Part shown: positions 10,383-20,145 of the stretch, in pieces
How positions within the stretch are numbered: the stretch's first letter is position 1
Layout of the letters: each line of letters opens with the position of its first letter
From: Bacillota bacterium
GTDB taxonomy: Bacteria > Bdellovibrionota > Bdellovibrionia > Bdellovibrionales > Bdellovibrionaceae
Direction: 5' to 3'
Length of the DNA stretch: 41,757 nucleotides
NCBI GenBank assembly: GCA_050257115.1
Contig: JBLMWG010000004.1
Location: 1 to 41,757 of the forward strand
Program-made: the position numbers and the translations under genes
Notes under the pieces: model-generated
Seen by the model: only the letters and a program-made list of their open reading frames with translations
Told to the model about the DNA's origin: nothing
The model's database searches: none

Positions 10383-11666
10383 ATGGAAAATCAATATCAA
10401 TCTGGCTTTGGAAATCATTTTTCTTCAGAGGCTCGAGCAGGGGCATTGCCTGCTGATCAGAACTCTCCACAAGTAGCACCTCATGGACTCTATGCGGAAC
10501 AATTGAGTGGGACTGCGTTCACGGCACCTCGTGCGCACAATCTTTTCACATGGTTGTATCGTATCCGTCCTTCGGTGATGCATAAACCATTTGTGCCGCT
10601 GAAGGATTTGACTCAAAAAACATTTTTTAAGCCTCAGCATATCAATCCAAATCAGATGCGTTGGAATCCGGTAAGGCCTACCCCGAATCAAGATTTTGTG
10701 GAAAGCATCCGGACGGTTTGCGGGAATGGTTCTAGTGAGGAACATCGGGGAATTGAAGTTCACGTTTACGCTTTTGATAAAACCATGGGCTCTCGGTATT
10801 TCATGAGTGCTGATGGAGACTTTGTTATGGTACCGCAAATGGGTTCTCTCCAAGTTAAGACGGAGTTGGGAATTATTCAGGCGGGTCCAGGAGAGATTGT
10901 TTTGGTTCCTCGTGGGATGAAATTCCAAGTGAATCCACTAAATGCGGGAACTTGCACCGGATATATCGGAGAAAATTTTGGAGCGCCTTTTCAGTTGCCT
11001 GAATTGGGACCTATCGGTGCAAATGGTTTAGCACATCGTCGCCATTTTTTAACTCCACATGCGGCGTTTGAAGATCTTGATGGTCAGTTCGAACTTATTG
11101 GAAAATTTGCCGGAGAGTTGTGGAGTGCAGAGATGAATCACTCTCCTCTGGATGTCGTTGCTTGGCATGGGAATTATGTGCCATTTAAATATGACTTGAA
11201 GAAGTTCAACACCATCAACACAGTGAGTTTTGATCATCCAGATCCTTCGATTTTCACGGTTTTGACATCACCAAGTGAAACCCCAGGAACGGCAAATGTG
11301 GACTTTGTGATCTTCCCTCCTCGTTGGATGGTTGCAGAAAATACGTTCCGTCCTCCATATTTTCATCGTAATTTTATGAGCGAATACATGGGGCTTATTT
11401 ATGGTGAGTATGATGCGAAAACCAGTGGCGGTTTTGTCCCAGGTGGCGGAAGCTTACATAACTTTTTTTCTGCCCATGGTCCTGATAACGAAACTTTTGA
11501 GAAGGCAAGTAACGCAGATCTTAAGCCAATTCGCTTAAGTGAAACTATGGCGTTCATGTTTGAGTCACGCACTCCTTACCGAGTCACAGACTTTGCGATG
11601 CAAAAAGATTTCTTGCAAACGGACTATCAAGATTGCTGGCAAGGATTTAAAAAGAATTTTAAATAG
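10383..11666 (+). CDS. hmgA: Homogentisate 1,2-dioxygenase
   Basis: YQSGFGNHFSSEA, GLYAEQLSGTAFTAPR, FDHPDPSIFTVLT, RPPYFHRNFMSEYMGLI and SLHN..SAHGPD iron-ligand motifs. Homology starts at ATG 10383. Confidence 0.96.
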   Translation: MENQYQSGFGNHFSSEARAGALPADQNSPQVAPHGLYAEQLSGTAFTAPRAHNLFTWLYRIRPSVMHKPFVPLKDLTQKTFFKPQHINPNQMRWNPVRPTPNQDFVESIRTVCGNGSSEEHRGIEVHVYAFDKTMGSRYFMSADGDFVMVPQMGSLQVKTELGIIQAGPGEIVLVPRGMKFQVNPLNAGTCTGYIGENFGAPFQLPELGPIGANGLAHRRHFLTPHAAFEDLDGQFELIGKFAGELWSAEMNHSPLDVVAWHGNYVPFKYDLKKFNTINTVSFDHPDPSIFTVLTSPSETPGTANVDFVIFPPRWMVAENTFRPPYFHRNFMSEYMGLIYGEYDAKTSGGFVPGGGSLHNFFSAHGPDNETFEKASNADLKPIRLSETMAFMFESRTPYRVTDFAMQKDFLQTDYQDCWQGFKKNFK

Positions 11667-11694
11667 AAAAAGGGGATCGTAAGATCCCTTTTTT
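11667..11694. terminator. Bidirectional intrinsic terminator
   Basis: AAAAAG-GGGATC-GTAA-GATCCC-TTTTTT between convergent genes. Confidence 0.85.
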
Positions 11695-11698
11695 ATTG

Positions 11699-12214
11699 TT
11701 AGCGTTCAAGATTTGCTAGGACCGATTCCATGCGCATTGCCAGGTCTTGCGTGTCAGGATTTAGGCGCATTTCATCAAGCTGATTAAAGCGAATCATATC
11801 ATTATCAGAAAGACCGATCTGAGATAGTAAGTTATCCGGAGAGTGAAAATGAACCACCCATCCGTCACGATCTTTAATAACGGACACTTCTTTTTGCAAA
11901 ATTACAATATTCTGCTCCATGGTTTCCAAAGTTTCTTCATTAAAAACAAAATTAATTGGATGAGGAGGTTTTGGTTTCTCACGAGAATCCTCTAAAGGAG
12001 TTTGCGGTGCCACCGCTAAAGGTGCAACTGTCGTGGAATCAGAGTGATGAATGACAGGAATCTTCGCACTGGCGGAGTGCTCAGAGGTGACATTTGGTTC
12101 CTCTGCCTCTGACCTATTTTCTAGAGCTGTTTCTAATATGGGCCGATCCGCTGAGACGCGTGACAAGGCAAAACCGCAGACTACACCGATTATAAAAATG
12201 ACGAGTTTATTCAT
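11699..12214 (-). CDS. Hypothetical membrane-anchored/exported protein with a possible degenerate PDZ-like C-terminus
   Basis: Hydrophobic N-terminus, Pro/Ser/Thr-rich linker, C-terminal GWVVHFHSPDNLLSQIGLSDNDMI. Confidence 0.6.
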   Translation of the reverse strand: MNKLVIFIIGVVCGFALSRVSADRPILETALENRSEAEEPNVTSEHSASAKIPVIHHSDSTTVAPLAVAPQTPLEDSREKPKPPHPINFVFNEETLETMEQNIVILQKEVSVIKDRDGWVVHFHSPDNLLSQIGLSDNDMIRFNQLDEMRLNPDTQDLAMRMESVLANLER

Positions 12215-12356
12215 AGTTCCAATTTAAAACATTCTGTGGAGATAGCATCTCCCTTTCGATTGATTCTTTACACAAGATCTGAAGCTAGTTGGACAAAGGA
12301 ACTGAAGTGATTTCAATTTTAGTTTGCAGCAGTGTAAACGCAAAAAGGAGATCCCG

Positions 12357-13151
12357 ATGGTTGATCAGGGCAGCAACACTCAAGAAGGTGGCAGTGGTGA
12401 TTTTTCTCGGCGAGAAGCCATGAAGGTTGCGGCCACGGGGTTATTAGCGGCACTGCCATTTTCTGCTGTTGTTGATCGAGCCGAGGCAGTTGTAGCGAAG
12501 GCCACAGGTAGTACCAAGGCACAGACTTATTCAAAAAAATCAAAAACGACGTATATATTTTTCGACAAAAGAGAAGCCGCATTTATTGAAGCAGCTGTGG
12601 CTAGACTTATTCCCGCAGATGAAAAGTGGGGAGGAGCTCTTGAAGCAGGTGTTCCAAACTACATCGATAAGCAGCTTGCTGGAGCTTGGGGGGCTGGGGA
12701 GCGTTTATATCGAAGTGGTCCGTGGAAAAATGGAACTTCAACTCAAGGCTATCAACTTCCTTTTACGCCTGCGGAGTTATATCGGACGGCTTTAAAGGCT
12801 CTTGATAAAGAATTTAAGGCAAATAAAACTTCTTTCGAAACTATGACGACTGATCAGCAAGATGCTTTTTTGAAACGCCTTGAATCAGCAGAGGGTGATC
12901 TAGATGGAGTTCCACGCAAGCTATTCTTTGCGAACTTATTGCAGATGACCATTGAGGGGTTCTTTGCTGATCCCGTATATGGCGGAAATCGCGATATGGT
13001 TTCTTGGCGAATGATTGGATTTCCGGGAGCTTACGGAAGCTATTACGACATTGTCGAAAATTATGGAATCAAGATTACACGGGCGCCCATGAGCTTAGCA
13101 GAGGATTTCACTGGCCATATTCATACGAACCCAAACATCCCAGCTCGGTAA
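12357..13151 (+). CDS. Gluconate 2-dehydrogenase subunit 3 (gamma)-family protein, Tat-exported
   Basis: Twin-arginine signal FSRREAMKVAATG; RLIPAD..GALEAGVPNYIDKQL; EGFFADPVYGGNRDMVSWRMIGFPGA. Start at 12357 after AAGGAG. Confidence 0.9.
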   Translation: MVDQGSNTQEGGSGDFSRREAMKVAATGLLAALPFSAVVDRAEAVVAKATGSTKAQTYSKKSKTTYIFFDKREAAFIEAAVARLIPADEKWGGALEAGVPNYIDKQLAGAWGAGERLYRSGPWKNGTSTQGYQLPFTPAELYRTALKALDKEFKANKTSFETMTTDQQDAFLKRLESAEGDLDGVPRKLFFANLLQMTIEGFFADPVYGGNRDMVSWRMIGFPGAYGSYYDIVENYGIKITRAPMSLAEDFTGHIHTNPNIPAR

Positions 13152-13160
13152 GGAGAAGAC

Positions 13161-14924
13161 ATGGCAACAAAATTAAAACCTGTCGATGTAGTGACAATTG
13201 GTGTAGGGCTTGGTGGAGCTATCTTAGGTAAAGAACTAGCCGCCCAAGGATTGAAAGTTGTGGGGATTGAAAGAGGGCCTATGCGAGACACAGTCCCGGA
13301 TTTTCAATCTCCGAATAGTCACGATGAATTAAGATATGCAGTTCGTAAGGGACTGATGCAAGATAACACCAGAGAAACAGTGACCGCACGAAATATAATG
13401 TCAGAAACAGCTTTACCGATGAGACGTTGGGAAAGTTTTTTGCCTGGAACGGGAGTTGGCGGAGCAGCAGTCCATTGGAATGGACAAACGTATCGCTTCC
13501 AAGTTTCAGACTTCATTTACAAGACTCATCTTGAACAACGTTATGGGAAAAAGTTTTTGGATTCCGAATTGCGACCCCAGGATTGGGGCGTAACTTATGA
13601 TGAGCTAGAACCTCATTTTGATCGTTTTGAATATCTTTTAGGAGTCAGTGGAAAAGCGGGGAATATCAAAGGTAAGTTGCAAAAAGGGGGAAACCCTTTT
13701 GAGGGATGGCGATCTCGCGAATATCCCACACCACCAATGAAAGAGCCCTACTTTGGGAACCTATTCAGAACGGCTGCAGAGAAAATGGGTTATCATCCAT
13801 TTCCTCAACCCTCAGCAAATCTTAGTCAGCCTTATACAAACCCTGAAGGCTTAAAAATGAATGCCTGTTCATTTTGTGGTTTTTGTGAACGGTTTGCCTG
13901 TGAACACTACGCTAAATCAAGTCCTCAGACGGTGATACTACCGGCTGCTTTGAAGTACTCAAACTATGAACTGCGCACAAACTGTCAGGTCTTAAAAATC
14001 AACTTAGATAGCAATAAAAAGAAAGCTATTGGCGTGACTTATGTCGATGGAGCCGGGCGAGAGTTTTTTCAACCTGCAGAGTTGGTTTTGGTGACGGCTT
14101 TTGCGCTGAACAACGTACGGCTGCTCTTACTCTCAGAAATTGGTAAACCTTACGATCCACAAACAGAAACTGGAACTGTCGGGCGCAATTATGCCTATCA
14201 AACCATGGGTGATGCCCAGATATTTTACGATGAGAGTGTCAATATTAATCCTTTCATGGCTTCCGGAGCGAATGGTGTTGTGATTGATGAATTTGCCGGG
14301 GATAACTTTGATCATGCCCCTCACAAATTTGTTGGCGGTGCATATATTGGCAGTATTCAAACGAACGGTCGTCCTATCGAATTTCATCCCACTCCACCGG
14401 GGACTCCGGCGTGGGGCCTCGAATGGAAAAAAGCGGTTGCGAAGCACTATAATCATACAGTGAAGCTAAATATTCATGGCAGTTCCATGGCTAGCCGTTG
14501 GAATTACTTGGATTTAGATCCGACCTATAAAGACGCGTGGGGGATGCCACTTCTTCGTATGACTTTCGACTTTCCAGATAATGATATTCGCATGTCTAGC
14601 TTTGTCGTGGATAAAGCAAAAAAAATTGGCGAAGCCATGGGGGGGACTTTGGTTACGGCCAATGCTCGAAAAAAATCTTGGAATACTATGTCTTATCAGA
14701 CAACACACACTACGGGTGGAACTGTCATGGGGAATGATCCGAGTACGAGTGTTGTGAATCGCTATCTGCAAAGCTGGGACGTGCACAATGTTTTTGTGAT
14801 TGGCGCATCGAACTTTCCACAAAATGCCTCGTATAATCCGACCGGAACCGTGGGGGCACTTATCTATTGGGCAGCCGATGCAATTAAGAATAAGTATTTG
14901 AAAAACCCAGGACCATTGGTGTGA
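13161..14924 (+). CDS. GMC-family flavoprotein, gluconate 2-dehydrogenase alpha-subunit-like
   Basis: FAD motif GVGLGG; GTGVGGAAVHWNG; Cys cluster CSFCGFCERFAC; C-terminal HTTGG..MG.DP..SVVNRYLQSWDVHN..YNPTGTVGAL; AAGGAG SD. Confidence 0.92.
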   Translation: MATKLKPVDVVTIGVGLGGAILGKELAAQGLKVVGIERGPMRDTVPDFQSPNSHDELRYAVRKGLMQDNTRETVTARNIMSETALPMRRWESFLPGTGVGGAAVHWNGQTYRFQVSDFIYKTHLEQRYGKKFLDSELRPQDWGVTYDELEPHFDRFEYLLGVSGKAGNIKGKLQKGGNPFEGWRSREYPTPPMKEPYFGNLFRTAAEKMGYHPFPQPSANLSQPYTNPEGLKMNACSFCGFCERFACEHYAKSSPQTVILPAALKYSNYELRTNCQVLKINLDSNKKKAIGVTYVDGAGREFFQPAELVLVTAFALNNVRLLLLSEIGKPYDPQTETGTVGRNYAYQTMGDAQIFYDESVNINPFMASGANGVVIDEFAGDNFDHAPHKFVGGAYIGSIQTNGRPIEFHPTPPGTPAWGLEWKKAVAKHYNHTVKLNIHGSSMASRWNYLDLDPTYKDAWGMPLLRMTFDFPDNDIRMSSFVVDKAKKIGEAMGGTLVTANARKKSWNTMSYQTTHTTGGTVMGNDPSTSVVNRYLQSWDVHNVFVIGASNFPQNASYNPTGTVGALIYWAADAIKNKYLKNPGPLV

Positions 14925-15616
14925 ATATGAAAAATAAATTCTATGTCACCGTGATTTTGGCAATTGTCACTTTCACCGTACTGTTGGCAAAGTCTCAAGG
15001 ACCAACTTCAGATTCATCTCAAGAGCCAAATGAATTTAAAAAGGGTGAAGAAATTGTGATGAAAGGCACTGTTACTGGAGCGACAGCCTGTTTTGCTTGT
15101 CACGGCAGCACTCGCAATGAAAATTTAACGGGGGCATTTCCGCGCATAGCAGGCCAGCCACAAATGTATTTAACTGCCACCTTGGAGGCCTATGTCTCGG
15201 GCCAGCGTAAGAATGACATCATGGAGCCTATTGCGAAAGCCATGAGTTCTGAAGAACGACAGAATGTGGCCGCTTATTACTCCCACATGCAGCCAGGTAA
15301 GAGGATCTTAGGAAAGAAAACGGATCGTTCAATTTTAAAACGAGGAGAATCGTTAGCCAAAATCGGTGATCAAAAGATTTTGGTGCAGGCTTGCAATAAT
15401 TGCCATGGCCCAGGCGGGATTGGCATGGGCCCGGCAATTCCATACCTAGCTGGCCAGTTTGGAACATACATTTCAATGCAACTCAATGCATGGAAGGATG
15501 GAAAACGAACCAGTAGCGCCAATCAAATGCTGGAGATCGCGAAACGTTTGAGCGAAAAAGATATTGCGTCCTTAGCGGCATACTTTGATCAATTGCAAAC
15601 GACTTTTGTAAAATAG
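14921..15616 (+). CDS. Diheme cytochrome c (c4/c553-type)
   Basis: Signal/TM segment; two CxxCH motifs (CFACH, CNNCH), each followed by P.(I/L)AGQ and a distal Met. Start GTG 14921 or ATG 14927. Confidence 0.9.
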   Translation: MNMKNKFYVTVILAIVTFTVLLAKSQGPTSDSSQEPNEFKKGEEIVMKGTVTGATACFACHGSTRNENLTGAFPRIAGQPQMYLTATLEAYVSGQRKNDIMEPIAKAMSSEERQNVAAYYSHMQPGKRILGKKTDRSILKRGESLAKIGDQKILVQACNNCHGPGGIGMGPAIPYLAGQFGTYISMQLNAWKDGKRTSSANQMLEIAKRLSEKDIASLAAYFDQLQTTFVK

Positions 15617-15631
15617 AAGACTAGAGATATT

Positions 15632-16324
15632 ATGGATTTTGCTCCTGGGAGTAGCTTTTCGATTATTTCCTTTATTGCTGTTCTTGTGGCAATTTGCTTT
15701 TCGATAATTACGGGAATCGGAGTTGCTAGCGAAAGGCTTGAGTTTTCTGTTAACAGGGAAGTGGTCCGATCCTCCGCAATTCTTTTTGCCTGGCTGGCCG
15801 TTTATTCTTTGGTGTTGATGAGCGTTCTTCCAATCGCACTTCCCTTAGGGGCAATTTTTTTGGCAGTCGCTCTTATTTTTCCAATCAGTGTAGGTGCTTC
15901 GTCGTATGGGGCCAGATTGGCTTTAGGACTTTCACTGAATGCTCTAGTCGTTTTTCAGTTCGTTAGGTTTCCAATGGAAATCATCTTACATCAATGGGTT
16001 CTGCGAGGAACTGTGCCGGCTACCGTATCTTGGAATGGTAGCAATTGGGATGTAGTCACCGGCATATTAGCTCTTTGCATCGCTCCGTTTGCTAGAAGTC
16101 ATGTATGGATGGTGTGGTCGTTTAATATTTTTGGAATCGTGATGTTTTGCAATTTTCTCTATGTGGCGGTGATGTCGTCTCCAGTTCCATTTGGTTGGCA
16201 TATAAGTCCCCCGATGATGCTGACATACCATCTGCCTTACTTTTTAATTTCACCGATCTATTTCGGAAGTATTGCCGCAGGTCACTTGGTTTTAACTCGT
16301 GCCCTCTTGTTTCGATCTAAATAG
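15632..16324 (+). CDS. Hypothetical integral membrane protein
   Basis: Multiple hydrophobic segments; FQFVRFPMEIILH and GSNWDVVTG motifs. Confidence 0.7.
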   Translation: MDFAPGSSFSIISFIAVLVAICFSIITGIGVASERLEFSVNREVVRSSAILFAWLAVYSLVLMSVLPIALPLGAIFLAVALIFPISVGASSYGARLALGLSLNALVVFQFVRFPMEIILHQWVLRGTVPATVSWNGSNWDVVTGILALCIAPFARSHVWMVWSFNIFGIVMFCNFLYVAVMSSPVPFGWHISPPMMLTYHLPYFLISPIYFGSIAAGHLVLTRALLFRSK

Positions 16325-16335
16325 GAGACTTTACT

Positions 16336-16737
16336 ATGGAAGCTGAAAACACGAAGGATGCCTCTGACTTTTCATTTACAAGCAGAATGGCATTTTCAAG
16401 CTTGATCATGACTTTGGAAAAAATGGGGGTGGAATCCTATCATGTAGATATGGCGCAGCAGTCGACCTGTTATCAGATGCTCAATGGTGAGGTGATGTCG
16501 GAGTCGTTTTACTTTGATGGCAAAATTGCACAAGATTTTGATGATGGAGAAATACGATCGGCGATATTAGACATTAAGCAAAATCACCTCGAATACAAAG
16601 AGTTTTTAAAACGCATTATGAATGCCGGTATTGTCAATTATGTGATCTATCTTAAAGGTAGAAAAATTATCTTTTATGGAAGAAACGGGGATAGTTACAT
16701 CGAAAACTTTCCCCTGCTTAAGTTAAATCAGCACTAA
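16336..16737 (+). CDS. DUF1398 (YbcV/YdfO-like) family protein
   Basis: GVESYHVD...EFLKRIMNAGIVNYVIYLKGRKIIFYGRNGDSYIENFP pattern; AGGAG SD. Confidence 0.75.
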   Translation: MEAENTKDASDFSFTSRMAFSSLIMTLEKMGVESYHVDMAQQSTCYQMLNGEVMSESFYFDGKIAQDFDDGEIRSAILDIKQNHLEYKEFLKRIMNAGIVNYVIYLKGRKIIFYGRNGDSYIENFPLLKLNQH

Positions 16738-17334
16738 ATGGCGTTCTACGTCCAGTACCGGTGATTTTAAAGGCTCAATCGTCACCTTTAGGTCTTTGAA
16801 CTTCTTGCGAGCTAAAGTGAGTTCTTCATCGATCTTTTCGCGACGAGCTTTGAGCAAAAAGTATTTCCCCTTTTTTTGATAATAACTGCGACTCACATCT
16901 AAAATAACATCAACGGGCTTGAACCCACGTGCTGTCACAACATCAACTTCAGGAAGGTCTTTAGGGATTTCTCCGTGAACTTGTAAATTCGGAGCAATAG
17001 TTTTGCAGCGATTTAAGAAGTTTTGCTTTAAGTTACTTTTTTCATAAAGATGAAAAGCGGCTTCTGGAAATTGAATCGCATAAATAACGCCAGGTAAGCC
17101 ACCACCGGAACCGAAGTCAGCGACCACTTTTGCATTTTTTGGGAAGTATTTAAGCGGCAATAAACAATCAATAACGTGATTGTCGATGAGCTCTTCGAAA
17201 GTCATTTTACGGCTGATCAAATTAAGCTCTTCATTGGAAGACCACAAAAGATCAATATAACTTTTTAGCTGGGGAAGAGCTTCCTCGCGGAAACCTAACT
17301 CTTTGATAAGTGGGATTCGATTTTCAAAATGCAT
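16723..17334 (-). CDS. rsmG: 16S rRNA (guanine(527)-N7)-methyltransferase RsmG-like
   Basis: LLWSSNEELNLISR, HVIDCL, SAM motif ADFGSGGGLPG, VVTARGF, C-terminal ERHLVLI. Confidence 0.88.
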   Translation of the reverse strand: MHFENRIPLIKELGFREEALPQLKSYIDLLWSSNEELNLISRKMTFEELIDNHVIDCLLPLKYFPKNAKVVADFGSGGGLPGVIYAIQFPEAAFHLYEKSNLKQNFLNRCKTIAPNLQVHGEIPKDLPEVDVVTARGFKPVDVILDVSRSYYQKKGKYFLLKARREKIDEELTLARKKFKDLKVTIEPLKSPVLDVERHLVLI

Positions 17335-17435
17335 AGAATCCTTATACCTGCTTTAGTTGCTGAGGCCAATGTAAAAAGATCTTCCAGCGGCTCCATGGAT
17401 TTTTTCACTTCTACTCCAGAAGGGATTTCGTCGAA

Positions 17436-18089
17436 TTACTTCTTATTCAACGATTTTTGTACAAAAAGGAAAAAATCCTTTTCATTGTACTTGCGAAGAA
17501 AGAAGTACAACTGGCCCGGGTCATTGATCTTGCGATGAACTTCTCGAACAGAAACAGGTGTGATGCATTCGAGCTTCAGTCGTTTTTGTTGCTCACAGTG
17601 TTCTGGAACGGTTTCCTGTCCAGTAAATGGAGACAGGGTCATATTGATGTAATGGCGATTGAGCGGCAGAATATTTGTTTCAATGAACTCGTTCTTGGAC
17701 AGTTCATTAGCCTTGTCCATAGGGAGCAAAATCCAGCAAGGTTTTTCACATTGCGCGATTTCGCTGGAGGTAGCTTTTTCTCCGTCTTGAATAATGTGAA
17801 CAGCACTGTGAAAAGTTTTGTAATACTCTTCCATAAAATGCGTCATCATAAGCTGCGTATCACTACTTTCAGGTAAGACACCCCAAAGAACATAATGAGA
17901 ACTTTGTAGCTCTGGAAACAAACGTAACACGACGTGCGCAGCGATGTTTCGTTGGTCTGGACTGATAATAGTCGGGCGAATGAGTGGCTCGGAGCGCAAG
18001 CTGACGCCGGAGCGCACCAGATAAATCAAGCAGGCCGTAATAACTAGAAAGACAAGTCCGAAAATAAGAAAGATCTTTTTCATAATCAT
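17436..18089 (-). CDS. Hypothetical protein with N-terminal membrane anchor
   Basis: MIMKKIFLIFGLVFLVITACLIYLV TM. Start at 18089 or 18083 rather than 18164. No family recognised. Confidence 0.65.
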   Translation of the reverse strand: MIMKKIFLIFGLVFLVITACLIYLVRSGVSLRSEPLIRPTIISPDQRNIAAHVVLRLFPELQSSHYVLWGVLPESSDTQLMMTHFMEEYYKTFHSAVHIIQDGEKATSSEIAQCEKPCWILLPMDKANELSKNEFIETNILPLNRHYINMTLSPFTGQETVPEHCEQQKRLKLECITPVSVREVHRKINDPGQLYFFLRKYNEKDFFLFVQKSLNKK

Positions 18090-18122
18090 CGCCAGACTAT
18101 AAGGAATAGTACTGAAGTCAAG

Positions 18123-18152
18123 TTGACGGTGAGGGCAAGGCTCTGCCATGCT
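18123..18152 (+). promoter_or_regulatory. Putative sigma70 promoter of tpx
   Basis: TTGACG-N18-CATGCT with TG extension, upstream of an AAGGAG SD. Confidence 0.4.
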
Positions 18153-18178
18153 GGTGGTCAGCAAAAAGGAGCTCTCAT

Positions 18179-18676
18179 ATGGCGTCTATTACTCTTAAAG
18201 GCAACCCGGTTCAAACTTCAGGTCAACTTCCAGATAAAGGTTCTGCAGCAAAGAATTTCAAACTTGTGCGTAATGATCTATCTGAAGTTTCATTGGAAAA
18301 CTTTGCTGGAAAAAAGAAAGTTCTCAATATTTTCCCAAGCATTGACACTGGAACATGTGCGGCATCTGTACGTAAATTCAATCAAGAAGCGGCCAAATTA
18401 GCTGACACCGTCGTTTTGAATATTTCAGCGGACCTTCCATTTGCGCAAGCGCGCTTTTGCGGTGCTGAAGGTATCAAAAACTGCGAAACGCTGTCTACAT
18501 TCCGAAGCGCTTTCGGTAAAGATTGGGGATTGCAGATCTCTGATTCACCTTTGGCAGGTCTTCTTTCTCGAGCTGTGGTCACCTTGTCTGCAGATGATAA
18601 AGTACTTTATGTTGAGCAAGTTTCCGAGATCGTGAACGAGCCGAACTACGAAGCAGCTTTGGCATCCCTTCGTTAA
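18179..18676 (+). CDS. tpx: Thiol peroxidase (atypical 2-Cys peroxiredoxin)
   Basis: [46 protein letters not shown]. Confidence 0.96.
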   Translation: MASITLKGNPVQTSGQLPDKGSAAKNFKLVRNDLSEVSLENFAGKKKVLNIFPSIDTGTCAASVRKFNQEAAKLADTVVLNISADLPFAQARFCGAEGIKNCETLSTFRSAFGKDWGLQISDSPLAGLLSRAVVTLSADDKVLYVEQVSEIVNEPNYEAALASLR

Positions 18677-18699
18677 TTTGGAATTTTTATAGAATTTCA

Positions 18700-18735
18700 G
18701 CGGTTTAGGAGCGATCTTAAGCCGCCTTTTTCTTT
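18700..18735 (+). terminator. Probable intrinsic terminator of tpx
   Basis: GCGGTTTAGG-AGCGAT-CTTAAGCCGC stem (with G-U pairs) followed by CTTTTTCTTT. Confidence 0.55.
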
Positions 18736-18797
18736 GAATTTGCCTTTATCCGACTTAGCCTTGGGGATCCCCCTGAAGTGTGGTAAACCAAACCACT

Positions 18798-20132
18798 ATG
18801 AAATTCCAAGTTTCCACTGCAAAAAGTATCAATAAATTTGAAGACATGTCTTTGGCGCCGGTGCTGTATGCAGCCCTGAAGAAAATGTCGATCAAAAAGC
18901 CCACTCCTATTCAAGGTCAAGCAATCCCATTGGTTTTAGATGGGCGTGATGTGATTGGTATTGCGGAAACTGGCAGTGGTAAAACTTTAGCCTATGCGCT
19001 GTCGGTGCTTACGATTTTAGAACGAAAGCCAGAAGCGCGGGCTTTGATTTTGGCGCCCAGTCGTGAAATGGCTCAACAAATTCATAAAGTTTGTACTGAG
19101 CTTTGTGTTGAATTGCCTGTCTCAACTTGCTTGGCTATTGGGGGCGCAAACGGAGACCGTCAGGCGGCGGAACTTAAAAGGTTACCGAAACTAATTATCG
19201 CAACTCCAGGTCGTTTGATGGATCATCTTTCGACCAACAAATTACTTTTAAAAGGGGTTGAGTTCGTTATCGTCGATGAAGCGGATCGTATGTTGGATAT
19301 GGGATTCAATCCGCAATTGCAGGCTATCCAAAGTACTTTGCGTGGTCCACGGCAGACCTTGATGTTTTCGGCAAGCTTCGGTGGCTCAGTCGAAAGCATT
19401 GCAGAAATCTTTTTAAGACCTGATGCCTTGATGGTACGAACTGAGTCCGCAGAGGCTCCGGTTCTGAGCTTAAGACAACGTGTTTTGTTTTTGGATCGTT
19501 CAATGAAAAATGACCGCTTGTTGGATGAGTTGAATGCGACCAAGGGTGGCGTAATTCTTTTCACCGGCAGCCAGGACAGTTGTGAGTATGTAGGTAAATA
19601 TCTCAAGGAATATGGCTATTCCACAGACTACATTCATGGTGGGCATTCACAAGGTCAACGTAACCGCGTGGTGCGTGAGTTTCGTGAAGGCACCATCAGA
19701 ATTATGGTCACAACAGATTTGCTAGCACGTGGCTTAGACGTTCCCCATGTGGATCATGTCGTAAACTATGAATTGCCATTCCAGGCCGAAGACTTCCTTC
19801 ACCGAATCGGTCGGACTGCTCGTGCAGGTCGTTCCGGTCATGCCGTGACTTTCATTACGCCATCTGATTTCCGTATGTATCAAAAAATTAAAGAATACTT
19901 GGCTGGCGCGGAAGAAATCCAATTGGATCCACGCTTCCAGTTTATTCAGCGCTCCCGTCGTGCGGATCATGAAGCCCGTGCGAAAACTCCAGGCAGCCGC
20001 GCTCGCAAAGACGGTAAGCATAATAAAGGCAAAGGCCAGGTTGTCGTCGACGGGAAATCTCTATTGACGCCGTTTCGTTTGAAAAATGGCAAGAGCGGTA
20101 TTAAGGGCAAGCAAGGTCCTAAAAGAAAGTAG
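18798..20132 (+). CDS. DEAD-box ATP-dependent RNA helicase
   Basis: Q motif PTPIQ, AETGSGKT, APSREMA, ATPGRL, DEAD, SAS, ARGLD, HRIGRTAR; basic C-terminal tail. Start ATG 18798 or GTG 18780. Confidence 0.93.
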   Translation: MKFQVSTAKSINKFEDMSLAPVLYAALKKMSIKKPTPIQGQAIPLVLDGRDVIGIAETGSGKTLAYALSVLTILERKPEARALILAPSREMAQQIHKVCTELCVELPVSTCLAIGGANGDRQAAELKRLPKLIIATPGRLMDHLSTNKLLLKGVEFVIVDEADRMLDMGFNPQLQAIQSTLRGPRQTLMFSASFGGSVESIAEIFLRPDALMVRTESAEAPVLSLRQRVLFLDRSMKNDRLLDELNATKGGVILFTGSQDSCEYVGKYLKEYGYSTDYIHGGHSQGQRNRVVREFREGTIRIMVTTDLLARGLDVPHVDHVVNYELPFQAEDFLHRIGRTARAGRSGHAVTFITPSDFRMYQKIKEYLAGAEEIQLDPRFQFIQRSRRADHEARAKTPGSRARKDGKHNKGKGQVVVDGKSLLTPFRLKNGKSGIKGKQGPKRK

Positions 20133-20145
20133 TTAGTTTCTTAAC

